Shown here: in pieces, positions 29,512 through 39,089 of the stretch
How positions within the stretch are numbered: the stretch's first letter is position 1
Layout of the letters: every line of letters starts with the position of its first letter
NCBI GenBank assembly: GCA_050250375.1
Contig: JBFWOS010000001.1
Coordinates: 219,346-283,345 of the forward strand
Length of the DNA: 64,000 nucleotides
Direction of reading: 5' to 3'
Source of the DNA: Candidatus Omnitrophota bacterium
GTDB lineage: Bacteria; Omnitrophota; Gorgyraeia; Zapsychrales; Zapsychraceae
Notes under the pieces: generated by a model
The model's input: the letters and a program-made list of their open reading frames with translations, nothing else
Told to the model about the DNA's origin: nothing
The model's database searches: none
Translations under genes and position numbers: made by a program

Positions 29512-32500
29512 TTATAAATTCTGATTCTTCGCCCACAACTCTTTCAAAAAATGTATCCCCCTCCGCCCGTAAGCATTACAGATCATATCGGCGTTTGTTT
29601 TGATAGATTTATCTTTCTCACCAACATTATAAAGGCGTTCAATGATGATCTTAATCTCTTGTTCTCGAAACATTGGCGTTGCGTACTCTAAAATTTTTAG
29701 AAATATATTACTTATACGCCTGACACTTTCCTCATCGGTAAATTTCGTCATATATTCAATCAGAAAACCAGAACGATGTTGAATTTCAATATACGGGGCC
29801 GATAGAATAATCCACTTTTCTGCGGATTCATCTATTCTATCGAGCCATATTGTCAACTCTGCCATTCGGCTTAGAAAAGAGCTGTATGCATCGCCTAATT
29901 TCTCTTTAACTTGCGCCTGCTCCTTATATGTCCACGCCCAGAAAGCCACGATTCTTTTTTTTATATCTTCTGATGGTTCATCTTGACTCTCCTTATCCTC
30001 TTTTCTTAAGGTCCTTGGAGATATTGACCAAAAAAAGCTAGCCACATCTTCCCATCGGCCTCGTTTATCATCCGCAGCATCATTAAGCATTTTCCAAAAT
30101 AAACTGTGCGTTCCGTCTTTATTATTTTCTGCCAACGCTTCATCCATCTGCAGATATCCGATGCAGATATGCTCAACGAGTCTTTCTTCTGTACGACCTT
30201 CAAATATTTTATTTTCAATAGCCTTTAAATAATTTAAACGCATCAACCCATATAAGTCCCTGTACACCCGAGACCCTGTTAAATATCCTTCCATGAACAT
30301 TTGCCATTCAAAATCATCAGAAGTTTTTTGAGCGAAAAATTTGATTTTCTCATCAACATACTCATTATCCAAATATCTCATCTGCGGCAAATAACAGCCA
30401 AACCAGATGTATCCATCAATGCCAATTGACAAAAATCTTTCAAACTTATCTGAACCCCAATTCTTTTGTTTCTTCTGAGTCGCCCTTGCCACCCTCAAAG
30501 AAAAAGAAACGTAAGTCATAACTGACCGGCCAAGGGTGGTATTAAGCGCATATGTAAGAGCGTCTCTTTGAGTGTCTGGATGCTTTTCTCCTTTTAGCAA
30601 AGGTATTATCAAATCGAATATCTGCTCGACTTTATCAAAATATTCAGGCAAAAAAGCCTTGTTATCATCTTTTGAACCATCTTCGATTAAATTAACAATA
30701 GCATCGATAATCCAGAGATATCTACCTTTCCCACTGTCTTCACCCTGGGCCTCAAGCGCCTCTTTTGTTATGTTGTCCTTACCTCGCTTAAGATATTCTA
30801 AATAAAAATCAAAAATCTTATTCCAGTCTAATTCTTTACCCGAGGCCCCAGCATCCTTCAATCCCCGTAAAATTCGATGCAAATAAAAATAATCCAAACC
30901 CACTAATGCCTCGAGTCCGTCTGTAAATTTCTTGGGTTCCTCTTTAACAGCAGCTTGCAAAGTATCGGCCAGACCTTCTTTATCGGGTTCCCCCTCAAAA
31001 ACACCATGCCAGAAGTCAGCACCTTTAAAATCCGCCAAATATTTGACTAATTCACCGATTGGCTTTTGAAGAATTTCCTCTTTAGTAACCGGTGATTTAT
31101 GGGTAATAAAGCCCCCTTTAAAAGATGATCGTTCTGGTTCGTATGGTTTGCCATCTTTTGGCTCAACTTTTTGCTTCGCCTGTTCATATAAAACGGAGAA
31201 ATCGGCGTTCTCCCTGAGAGGGGAAAGCCATTTATATTTCCAATAAGCAATTAACTTTTCATCTCCCTTTTTCAGATAATATTCGGGGACTTGGTTAATA
31301 AGTTCTTTAATCTTTGTCTTAATTTTGGGAGTAAAGGAAATGTTATGGTGTTGAAAAACATCCTGCGTCTCAACTTCAAGATCGGATTCCCCAAGAATTG
31401 TTGGAACAACTTCAAGCAATTTCTCCAACAGTTCGGAATAATCAGCCCAATATCTATCGGCACATATCAAGACAAACCGTCTAAATATGGGAAACTGAAA
31501 TTTATCAGTTAAAAATGTGTTTAATATCTCTCTGCCCCCGGCACGGTTTATCTCACATTTAACAAGCAAAACGTCTCGTAAAATATTCGTTAAGATTTCT
31601 TCGGCTCCATCGCCATTCTCAGGCCCGCTTTTTAAACTGCGGCACCATACATGGGAATAATCCGAGAAAAGCCCGGTATAGATGCTCGAAAGTTTATTTT
31701 CAAAGTTATCTGTACTCTGCCAATTTATATCTTTAGGCAATTTGCTTTTGAGTTCCGTGAGGAAAACATCTTTTGTTAAAGCGCTAAAGAAATATTGATT
31801 TATATCTGTTTCTGGATCGGCTTTATGGAGCGCCCAGAAATCTTGTCCACGGTCAATATTTCTTAACTGCTCATCTGAAAACTGTTTCACAACACACTGA
31901 TATTGTCCCTCTTGAAACCCGATCTGCCCGGGCTGTAATCCATCGATTGAAACACGCTCTACAGTAATCCGATAAACATTATTATCGACATCAAAATCAG
32001 AATAATGATTCTTCTGTTTATATTCCAATGCCCTCCTTAATCTTTCTGCCAGCCCAAGAACAACCTTGATGGAGCATTTTTTACCGATCAATTCACCATA
32101 TTTCTTGAAGGCATCCTGAATCCAATATGAATCCCAAGCCAACACAGCGTCATCTCGTCTGGTAAATGAGTATGATTTTCCTCCAGCTTTAATAGCCGTA
32201 ATTACCTCAATGATTGTTTCAGCAAAAGGATAATCAGGTGCAAAATCATCACTTAAAAATTTTGGCAAAAGTTTTTCGCCGATGTCACTTATCCCCATAT
32301 CATTCTTACTTGAATAATTCACCCAAACTGAAATCCAAGTATTAAATTTATCGATTTTGAGGTTATCTTTTATAACGGAGGATGGAAGATTTTTTAAAAT
32401 CTTAACAAAGTACCACCAAAAATGTGGATTGTTAATTGGCTTCCTATGTATGGTAAATTGAATAACATCATCAATAATTTTAATTAAATCCTTGCCATAT

Positions 32501-32775
32501 TTTGGCTGTTGACTCGCATGTCCAGAAACCTTCTCTAAATAATCAAGAACCCCCCAAAACAAAGCATTTCCTTTCACATCGAATGCGATTGTCTCTGGTT
32601 TAAAATAATTATTGTCTTGCATCCACTCGAACCAATCTAAAGAGGAAAGTTTATTTAAAAACTCTCGTTCCAAATCCTTGTCAGCACGCACCAGTAGCTT
32701 TAAACTTGCAGCGTTGGTGTCATTGTATTGTTGAATCAGGAATTCAATTTTTTCTAAATTTTGATAGTAACTCAT
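29512..32775 (-). CDS. 1087-aa alpha-helical protein, putative defence sensor partner of SIR2
   Basis: Long AT-rich ORF 13 bp downstream of SIR2; no clear Walker A. Confidence 0.6.
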   Translation of the reverse strand: MSYYQNLEKIEFLIQQYNDTNAASLKLLVRADKDLEREFLNKLSSLDWFEWMQDNNYFKPETIAFDVKGNALFWGVLDYLEKVSGHASQQPKYGKDLIKIIDDVIQFTIHRKPINNPHFWWYFVKILKNLPSSVIKDNLKIDKFNTWISVWVNYSSKNDMGISDIGEKLLPKFLSDDFAPDYPFAETIIEVITAIKAGGKSYSFTRRDDAVLAWDSYWIQDAFKKYGELIGKKCSIKVVLGLAERLRRALEYKQKNHYSDFDVDNNVYRITVERVSIDGLQPGQIGFQEGQYQCVVKQFSDEQLRNIDRGQDFWALHKADPETDINQYFFSALTKDVFLTELKSKLPKDINWQSTDNFENKLSSIYTGLFSDYSHVWCRSLKSGPENGDGAEEILTNILRDVLLVKCEINRAGGREILNTFLTDKFQFPIFRRFVLICADRYWADYSELLEKLLEVVPTILGESDLEVETQDVFQHHNISFTPKIKTKIKELINQVPEYYLKKGDEKLIAYWKYKWLSPLRENADFSVLYEQAKQKVEPKDGKPYEPERSSFKGGFITHKSPVTKEEILQKPIGELVKYLADFKGADFWHGVFEGEPDKEGLADTLQAAVKEEPKKFTDGLEALVGLDYFYLHRILRGLKDAGASGKELDWNKIFDFYLEYLKRGKDNITKEALEAQGEDSGKGRYLWIIDAIVNLIEDGSKDDNKAFLPEYFDKVEQIFDLIIPLLKGEKHPDTQRDALTYALNTTLGRSVMTYVSFSLRVARATQKKQKNWGSDKFERFLSIGIDGYIWFGCYLPQMRYLDNEYVDEKIKFFAQKTSDDFEWQMFMEGYLTGSRVYRDLYGLMRLNYLKAIENKIFEGRTEERLVEHICIGYLQMDEALAENNKDGTHSLFWKMLNDAADDKRGRWEDVASFFWSISPRTLRKEDKESQDEPSEDIKKRIVAFWAWTYKEQAQVKEKLGDAYSSFLSRMAELTIWLDRIDESAEKWIILSAPYIEIQHRSGFLIEYMTKFTDEESVRRISNIFLKILEYATPMFREQEIKIIIERLYNVGEKDKSIKTNADMICNAYGRRGIHFLKELWAKNQNL

Positions 32776-32788
32776 AAATCACCTATTT

Positions 32789-33787
32789 CTATGATGGGGT
32801 ATAAGTGCTGCCCGCTAAACTTGTCGTTCTGGCCTCTAATAATTTGGCTAAAGTTTTGCATAAATCTTCTACGAAAATATGATCGCCTGTATATATCACT
32901 GGCTTAACATTCATTTGGCTATAATCATGAAAATATTTTTGCTGAAAATTCTCCTTTTGCTCTTCAGGAGCAGCTCCCAAATATTTATTAATTTCGGAAT
33001 CACTAGTTACCCAATAATGCATTTTAACTTCTCTTTTTGTCTCATTATCGGACTTACTACTATTTTCTTTTGCAATCTTAGCCAGTAAGTGTTTAAGAAA
33101 TGATCGCAAATGGAATTCCAAAGAGGACCCAAGAAAAATTATTGTGTAATTTGTCAAAATATCACACAAACTATTTTCTACGACGTAAACCCCATTATGC
33201 CTTTCATAAAGCGAAGGATAAAAATATTGATAATCTTTCTTTCGTAAAATACAAAATCCTGTGTTGGGATTGCCATGCAAATAAGTTAATGAATGTCTTG
33301 CCCTTTCTTGGGGTGGAAAGACAAAATAAAATTTCGTCAATTCTTCAGGCTTGGAACTTGTTAAATCTTGCTTCTGCCTAAATCCATCTTCAATTGGATC
33401 GTAATAGTTTGTTGTAACAAAACAATTAAAAGCACGAGCAATTTCAATATGAGTAGATGTATGCCTCGTATTTTTCGGAATTGTTTTAGTAAATAGCTCT
33501 TGATCAAATTTTTCCTTATCCTCAACATGCTTATATAAGACTCCGAATGCTTCCGGTGATTCACCATTACCATCGACTGAACACCCGTATTTTTCACACC
33601 AGGAAACATATAATCCTTTGAGATCAGGAACCCCTGTTATAGCCGAACTAATTCCGGCACCGATAAAAGCAACAAAGACATCAGGCGCTTTTGAATACAG
33701 TTCTAGCAAGGAACTGAAATTGTCCTTATTGACCTTAGAATTAAATAAAGCATCTTCCAATTTAGCTGCCATACTTATCCAAAACAC
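32789..33787 (-). CDS. SIR2-like (SIR2_2) NADase-family protein
   Basis: FIGAGIS, VTTNY, YLHG, IIFLGSSL. Confidence 0.8.
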   Translation of the reverse strand: MFWISMAAKLEDALFNSKVNKDNFSSLLELYSKAPDVFVAFIGAGISSAITGVPDLKGLYVSWCEKYGCSVDGNGESPEAFGVLYKHVEDKEKFDQELFTKTIPKNTRHTSTHIEIARAFNCFVTTNYYDPIEDGFRQKQDLTSSKPEELTKFYFVFPPQERARHSLTYLHGNPNTGFCILRKKDYQYFYPSLYERHNGVYVVENSLCDILTNYTIIFLGSSLEFHLRSFLKHLLAKIAKENSSKSDNETKREVKMHYWVTSDSEINKYLGAAPEEQKENFQQKYFHDYSQMNVKPVIYTGDHIFVEDLCKTLAKLLEARTTSLAGSTYTPS

Positions 33788-33934
33788 CTCTGCGTCAGGG
33801 TGTTGAATTGGTTATAAATTTCAATATGACTTTCTATCATATTTTCGATCATCGTAACAGTAATCTTCGCAATGTAGAAAGAGAAGGGGCCAGTCCATAC
33901 CACTTCAATTTGCCTCCGTTCCCTTCTTCGGACT

Positions 33935-34816
33935 CTATATTACAAACCTTTTATCTATTTCTTGCATTCTTTTATTGTGATATTCTTTAAACCAAAACCA
34001 CTTATTCCAAATATCACGTTTTTTCTCCTTCTCGGAGCTTAATTCGTTTAACCTTTTTGAAATAATGTTATGGAAAGAATCTTTATTTGACGTATTTAAA
34101 TGTCCCTTAAAACAACTATCTATCAGTTCGGGAAGGTTTTTATAATACCCAGGGAAATGATAAATATCCAACACGTTTTCCCCATCAGCATCTGTCCAAA
34201 TTAACGAGTGATCCATCCACGCACAATCTTTCAACTTTTCATGTATTTTATCTGAAATAATTATTCTAGGCATGCGGGCATTCTTCTCCAGATTAAAGGC
34301 ATCAATTAAAGCCTGACTAAAAAGAAATTCACCCTTTATATCTTTGCCGAATGTACTGCAATGAAAATCTCCGTCCGCAATACCACCACGAGCCAATAAA
34401 TGTGTTTCACAAGTTAACATGAAAACTGTCATTGCTATATAATTTAGAAAAAACCTATAGTCGGTAACCGTGTGAATCTTAAGAATTTCCCTTTCTTGCT
34501 CTGCATTGTCAAAAGACTCAAACCCTATACTTCTTCTCGCCTCCAAATGATCACTTATTCTTTTACCCATGTCTAACCAAATTATCAAAGAATCGCTGAA
34601 CATAATAAACTCAACATCACTCATATCCATAACTAAATAGTCAGAAACTAGACGATATTCTTCTTTTTCGTGCCTGATAATATCATTGAGTTGTCCTCTT
34701 ACACTATCAAAAACTCCCTCCAATTTAATCTTAAACTCTGCCGCGGTCTGATTGGTTTTAACATATTCAGAAAATCCCAACAGGTCAATATAAGCTAATA
34801 TCACTTTTTTATTCAT
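33935..34816 (-). CDS. Class III nucleotide-cyclase-like protein
   Basis: AYIDLLGF, FSDSLII, RGGIADG, LIDAFNLEK...PRIII. Confidence 0.65.
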   Translation of the reverse strand: MNKKVILAYIDLLGFSEYVKTNQTAAEFKIKLEGVFDSVRGQLNDIIRHEKEEYRLVSDYLVMDMSDVEFIMFSDSLIIWLDMGKRISDHLEARRSIGFESFDNAEQEREILKIHTVTDYRFFLNYIAMTVFMLTCETHLLARGGIADGDFHCSTFGKDIKGEFLFSQALIDAFNLEKNARMPRIIISDKIHEKLKDCAWMDHSLIWTDADGENVLDIYHFPGYYKNLPELIDSCFKGHLNTSNKDSFHNIISKRLNELSSEKEKKRDIWNKWFWFKEYHNKRMQEIDKRFVI

Positions 34817-34845
34817 ATTATCCGTTCAAGGGGTTCAGACCCATT

Positions 34846-35904
34846 TCACACTCGACTGGCATACCCCTTCTCCAACAACAAATTATTCAAATAAACATCC
34901 GTCGCCGGATCTGGTTCTTTTCCCTGCGGGATGAAGACGTCCGCGAGGTAGCGGTCGTATTTGTCGGCTTTGCTGGAGCGCAGGATGATAAGCGACGCTT
35001 CTTTGAGGAGCGAACGCACGAATGTTTTGGCGGCGTCGCCTTCTTTGGTCCCCGCCTCGGGGCAGTCGATATCGCGCAGGCGAAGGACCTCCCGGTGCCA
35101 GCTTAAAAAGCCCAGGTCGACGCGCACTTTAAGAGTGTCGCCGTCCACCACCTTCTCTATATAGGCACGGTAGGTGAACAGGTCTTTGGCGGTGCGCTCA
35201 CCCGCGGAAAATGTGTAGTCGCCGTTTTTGGGGCGCGACTCAACGATCGCCTCATCCGCGAACCGTGCCGAGACGCGGGGGTCGATGTCCCGAAACACCC
35301 CGAAGCCCTGGTCCAGGAGCAAGGCGCGCGCCTCGGGGTTGTCGCCCAGGGCCGGCCTCGACACAAAGCGGTAGGTGTAAAGCGTGCCGCGGGAAGGGGT
35401 CAAGGGAGCATTTGGCCGGCCGTAATGCGCCGGCTCTTCTGAACGGACCAGGGCCCCCTCCCCTGACGGGCGAATCTTGACCCGCGCCTGCAGTTCCTTG
35501 GATGACCAGCCGTTTCGCCCGGCTTTCTCCTCGATCAACAGACGTTCCTTGTCATCAGGGATGGCCATCAGCTGGCGGTAATGGCTCCAGGTGAATTGGT
35601 GCCCCGGGGCACCAATTGGCGGACTGGCATAGGTCCGGGCAAACTTAAAACAGCGGTTCAGCAAGGTCTTATCGACGCCGAGGTCACGGGCAAGACGGGC
35701 GATCACTTCAACTCCATAATCCGCGCGGTCTTTATTTTTAAGGATATGCGTGTGGATGATCCGTCCGGTTTCCCAGTACGTGCGCACGCGCTCCTGTTCG
35801 ATGCGGGCCTGGCCCTCGAGCAGGGTCTTTTCCACCTGTTTGAGCAGGGACCGGTAATTGGATGCTTGAATTGTGGTGGTTTTTGAGGACATATCCCTTA
35901 TCAC
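34846..35904 (-). CDS. DUF1016(YhcG)-N-terminal domain fused to thermonuclease (SNase) domain
   Basis: YWETGRII, TWSHYRQL, GWSSKEL; VVDGDT, RLRDIDCPE, DKYDRYLA. Confidence 0.85.
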   Translation of the reverse strand: MIRDMSSKTTTIQASNYRSLLKQVEKTLLEGQARIEQERVRTYWETGRIIHTHILKNKDRADYGVEVIARLARDLGVDKTLLNRCFKFARTYASPPIGAPGHQFTWSHYRQLMAIPDDKERLLIEEKAGRNGWSSKELQARVKIRPSGEGALVRSEEPAHYGRPNAPLTPSRGTLYTYRFVSRPALGDNPEARALLLDQGFGVFRDIDPRVSARFADEAIVESRPKNGDYTFSAGERTAKDLFTYRAYIEKVVDGDTLKVRVDLGFLSWHREVLRLRDIDCPEAGTKEGDAAKTFVRSLLKEASLIILRSSKADKYDRYLADVFIPQGKEPDPATDVYLNNLLLEKGYASRV

Positions 35905-36122
35905 ATTTTACCAAAATTTCCGCTAATTTCGATAGCCTAAGCGCACTTCGTGCTATCTTTTTTCCACCTTTTGGGCAAAATAGGGGCTTTTTTGAGCGAT
36001 CCGGGAGGCGGAATCGTAATTTTCATTTCGGGCAGGCCCGTTACTGATTTGAAAATTCCATTGACCGGGATGCCGCGAGCCTCTATATTGAGAGAAAATC
36101 AATCTCTACAAAGGACATTACG

Positions 36123-36548
36123 ATGCGTATCTTCCCCGTTCTGGTTTTAACCGTGCTCTCTTTAACGTCTGTTCTGCCGCAGGCCGGCGCCGGGGGAACG
36201 GACGACCCTCTGCCCGCGTCCGCGCAAGAGGCGTTTTCCCGGGCCCAGTTTGTGTTCGCGGCCACGGTCGAGACGCGCTACGCGGATGACCGGGGTTTCC
36301 CGTCCAGGGCCGAGGCCTTCTGGAACAAATGCTGGAAAGGGTGCGCGGACCTGCCGAAACTCCTCACCATCGACGGCGGCAGCGCTCCGTCCCTGCCTGC
36401 CCAGGTGTTTGAGGCCGGCGAGACCTATCTGTTTTATGTGAACGAAAAACTCGCGGACGGATCGTACCGGGCAGACCCCAACCTGACCCGTGTCCTGAAG
36501 TTTTCCGAGGCCGAACCCGACCTGATCTTCCTTAATCAGCAAAAATAA
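36123..36548 (+). CDS. Secreted hypothetical protein (TIMP/OB-like)
   Basis: Signal peptide; AQFVFAATV...FEAGETYLFY. Confidence 0.6.
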   Translation: MRIFPVLVLTVLSLTSVLPQAGAGGTDDPLPASAQEAFSRAQFVFAATVETRYADDRGFPSRAEAFWNKCWKGCADLPKLLTIDGGSAPSLPAQVFEAGETYLFYVNEKLADGSYRADPNLTRVLKFSEAEPDLIFLNQQK

Positions 36549-36618
36549 TCAGCGCCCCCAGCCGACCCGTTAGACCGGATATTTCTGCACGTAGGATTCT
36601 CATATCACTTACCACTAA

Positions 36619-37527
36619 TCAATCCACCCCCCACCGCTTATTCAGCCACCCGCCCCATTGCACCGGATATTTCTGCACGTACGACTCGATCACGCGGGTG
36701 AGGGCGGTGATATTTTTGATGTCATTTTCGGCGGGGCTTAAGGCCTTCTCGATATTCAGCGCCTCTTCGATCACGATCCGGAAGGTCCGGTCTTCTTTGA
36801 CGACAAAGACGGGCAGGATCGGGGAACCCGTGCGCGCGTGAAATAACAAAGGCCCGGCCGCGCGGGTGACGCGGCTGTTTAAAAAATCCACCTCGACCCC
36901 GGCCTCCTCCTTTGCCTCTTCATCCAGCAGGATAAACAAGAGTTCATTGCGCCGCAGGGCGCTGAGAGAGTCCTTGAAAAATTTTCGGGGAGGTACGGTC
37001 TGGATCATGTTGATCTTCCATTGTTCGCACAGGCCGAACATGAAACGGCTGAACGTCTTGTTGCGCATGGGGCGGATGATGACGTTGATTTTATATCCGC
37101 GCTGAACCAGCGAGACAAACAGCAGAGGAAAGTTCCCCAGATGCGCCGAGACCGCGATCACCCCCTTGCCCTGCGCCAGCGCCTTGATGAGCCGGTCTTC
37201 ATGTTCGAGGGTGACAAGCCGGGACAATTGCTTCGGCCGCTCGACGTAATAAAGCAGGTCCGTCATGCTGTGTCCGATGTTTTTGATGCAGGCCGCGGCC
37301 AGGGCCTTGTATTCCCGCGGGCTTTTGGTTTCGCCGTAAACCGACCGCAGGTTTTTAAGACAGATCCCACGCTGTTTTTTAAGGCCGATCAGCGCGATGA
37401 AAAAAAGCCCGTTTAAAATGAAGGAAATAAACCAGCGCGGCAAATGGAACAGCGCCCATTTCAGTGCATTCAGGGAAAAATTGGACAGGCGGCTTTTAAA
37501 CTCTTCGGGGGGAAGATTCATCGGCAA
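36619..37527 (-). CDS. Lipid A/lysophospholipid acyltransferase (LpxL/HtrB family)
   Basis: SAHLGNF, KYPVQW...RW. Confidence 0.85.
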   Translation of the reverse strand: MPMNLPPEEFKSRLSNFSLNALKWALFHLPRWFISFILNGLFFIALIGLKKQRGICLKNLRSVYGETKSPREYKALAAACIKNIGHSMTDLLYYVERPKQLSRLVTLEHEDRLIKALAQGKGVIAVSAHLGNFPLLFVSLVQRGYKINVIIRPMRNKTFSRFMFGLCEQWKINMIQTVPPRKFFKDSLSALRRNELLFILLDEEAKEEAGVEVDFLNSRVTRAAGPLLFHARTGSPILPVFVVKEDRTFRIVIEEALNIEKALSPAENDIKNITALTRVIESYVQKYPVQWGGWLNKRWGVD

Positions 37528-37635
37528 AAAAGGGGACGTACACCTTTTATCCCGGTTTCCTCAAAAAATCCGGACAATCGGACATACGTGCGTTGATTTA
37601 AAATTTTATAAATAGGGGTAATAGATGTATGTCCC

Positions 37636-38397
37636 TTATTTTTTCTCCGGACGGATAGAATCCGGGAAGATTTCTTCGATCAGTTTGAAAAGTTCCGGGT
37701 CACCCTGTTCAAGGGTCGCACGGCTTTTAAACGCGTAACCTCCGCCCCTGACAGAATCCTTGTCCGCCCAGAAATTATAATACACCTCCAGGCCGAGGAC
37801 CAGATATGTGGCCGGCCAATAGTCCTTGAGCTGGTCGGGGTCGCTGATCTGCGGGCTGAAAATATGTCCGGAAACCGCCTGGTCCATGGCCTTCTTCAGC
37901 CGTTTGATCCAGCCGGAGTTGGCTTTCATGATCCCGTACTGGTAGACCAGGTTGATCATTTCTTCCACCGTCGCGTCCCTGACGCCGTACTGCGTTTCGC
38001 CGGGGGATCCGTACGGAACGATCTCGGCCAACTGGAATACCTGCACCGGGCAGGCGCTGACGGCCCGGGCGTATTTCCCGCCGTCCTCATCAAAGTCGCG
38101 GCCGCTGTTGACAATCAGAACGGACGGCTGCCTCTGGCTGATCGCCTTTCGCAATATGCCGCCGGTGTCGTCATCTTTTTTCAGCAGGGCATTATAAATT
38201 AACTTCACGTGATCAACCTGTTCAGGCAGGGTTTCGGATACGGCGAGGATTGAAATGCCGCCGGCCTCCTCCCTGATCGTGAACTGGCCGGTTATTTCTT
38301 CGGGAAGACACTCGGCCCGGGCTGATTGGTTAACGCTGATGAAAGATCCCAGGGTGAGAAAAATGATTCCGGAAATGGTTAAGATTGTTTTGTTCAT
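37636..38397 (-). CDS. Secreted hypothetical protein
   Basis: Signal peptide; stop codon inside a repeat element. Confidence 0.65.
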   Translation of the reverse strand: MNKTILTISGIIFLTLGSFISVNQSARAECLPEEITGQFTIREEAGGISILAVSETLPEQVDHVKLIYNALLKKDDDTGGILRKAISQRQPSVLIVNSGRDFDEDGGKYARAVSACPVQVFQLAEIVPYGSPGETQYGVRDATVEEMINLVYQYGIMKANSGWIKRLKKAMDQAVSGHIFSPQISDPDQLKDYWPATYLVLGLEVYYNFWADKDSVRGGGYAFKSRATLEQGDPELFKLIEEIFPDSIRPEKK

Positions 38398-38498
38398 ACG
38401 CCGTCCGTTTCCTGATGGATTAAAATTTCTGATTAATGGAATTATAACACAGAGCGCAGGATGTTGGGCATGGATTTATTCAATCATCCATCGCCCGC

Positions 38499-38873
38499 TC
38501 ACAGGGCTTCTCCCAATAAAATCCCCAGATATAAAACCGCCAGACCGAGCAATACACTGCCCAGGACATTGACCGCGGACAGAAAAAACTCTCCGTCTTT
38601 CATCAGGGCGAACGTCTCCAGGATAAAGGTCGAGAATGTGGTAAACGCCCCCAGCAGGCCGACCATCAGATATAGGCGCGTGTCGGGCGACAACGCCAGC
38701 TTTGAGTCCGTCAACGCGAACAGAAAACCGATGATCAAACATCCGGCCAGGTTCACGATGAGCGTGCCGTAGGGAAACCGCGCGCCCAGGGCCTGGAAAA
38801 CCACTCCCGTCAGAACGTAACGCATCAGCGTTCCCGCGCCTCCGGCCAAAAACAGCCAACCCAATTTAACCAT
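38499..38873 (-). CDS. crcB: Fluoride channel Fluc
   Basis: GGAGTLMRY, FPYGTLIVN, GAFTTFSTF. Confidence 0.95.
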   Translation of the reverse strand: MVKLGWLFLAGGAGTLMRYVLTGVVFQALGARFPYGTLIVNLAGCLIIGFLFALTDSKLALSPDTRLYLMVGLLGAFTTFSTFILETFALMKDGEFFLSAVNVLGSVLLGLAVLYLGILLGEAL

Positions 38874-38889
38874 ATCCCCTCCTTAAAAT

Positions 38890-38973
38890 AAAAAACTCCC
38901 ACAATCGGATTTCCGTTGCAGGAGTCATCGGCCCCTTCATGAGCGGGCGGTTAAAGGCGAACTCCATCGCCTC
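38890..38973 (-). promoter_or_regulatory. Fluoride (crcB) riboswitch with overlapping terminator
   Basis: GGCGATGGAGTTCGCC-TTTAACCGCCC...GCCGATGACTCCT, then hairpin and U tract directly before crcB. Confidence 0.92.
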
Positions 38974-39033
38974 AAATCGTTTAGTTGTTAGAAGTCTACC
39001 CCAAGAAACCCCGGCCGTCAAGTCCGCCGATCA

Positions 39034-39089
39034 ATAAGATAGGGGACAGCGCCCTAACTCCCGAGTTAGGGCGCTGTCCCCTATCTTAT
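39034..39089. repeat. Perfect palindrome with 27-bp arms (complete GGGGACAGCGCCC element)
   Basis: ataagataggggacagcgccctaactc-cc-gagttagggcgctgtcccctatcttat; supplies the TAG of the 39081 gene. Confidence 0.95.

Noticed and set aside
19681-35904. Classical integron with attC sites
   Set aside because: No intI gene, and the repeats lack RYYYAAC/GTTRRRY ends.
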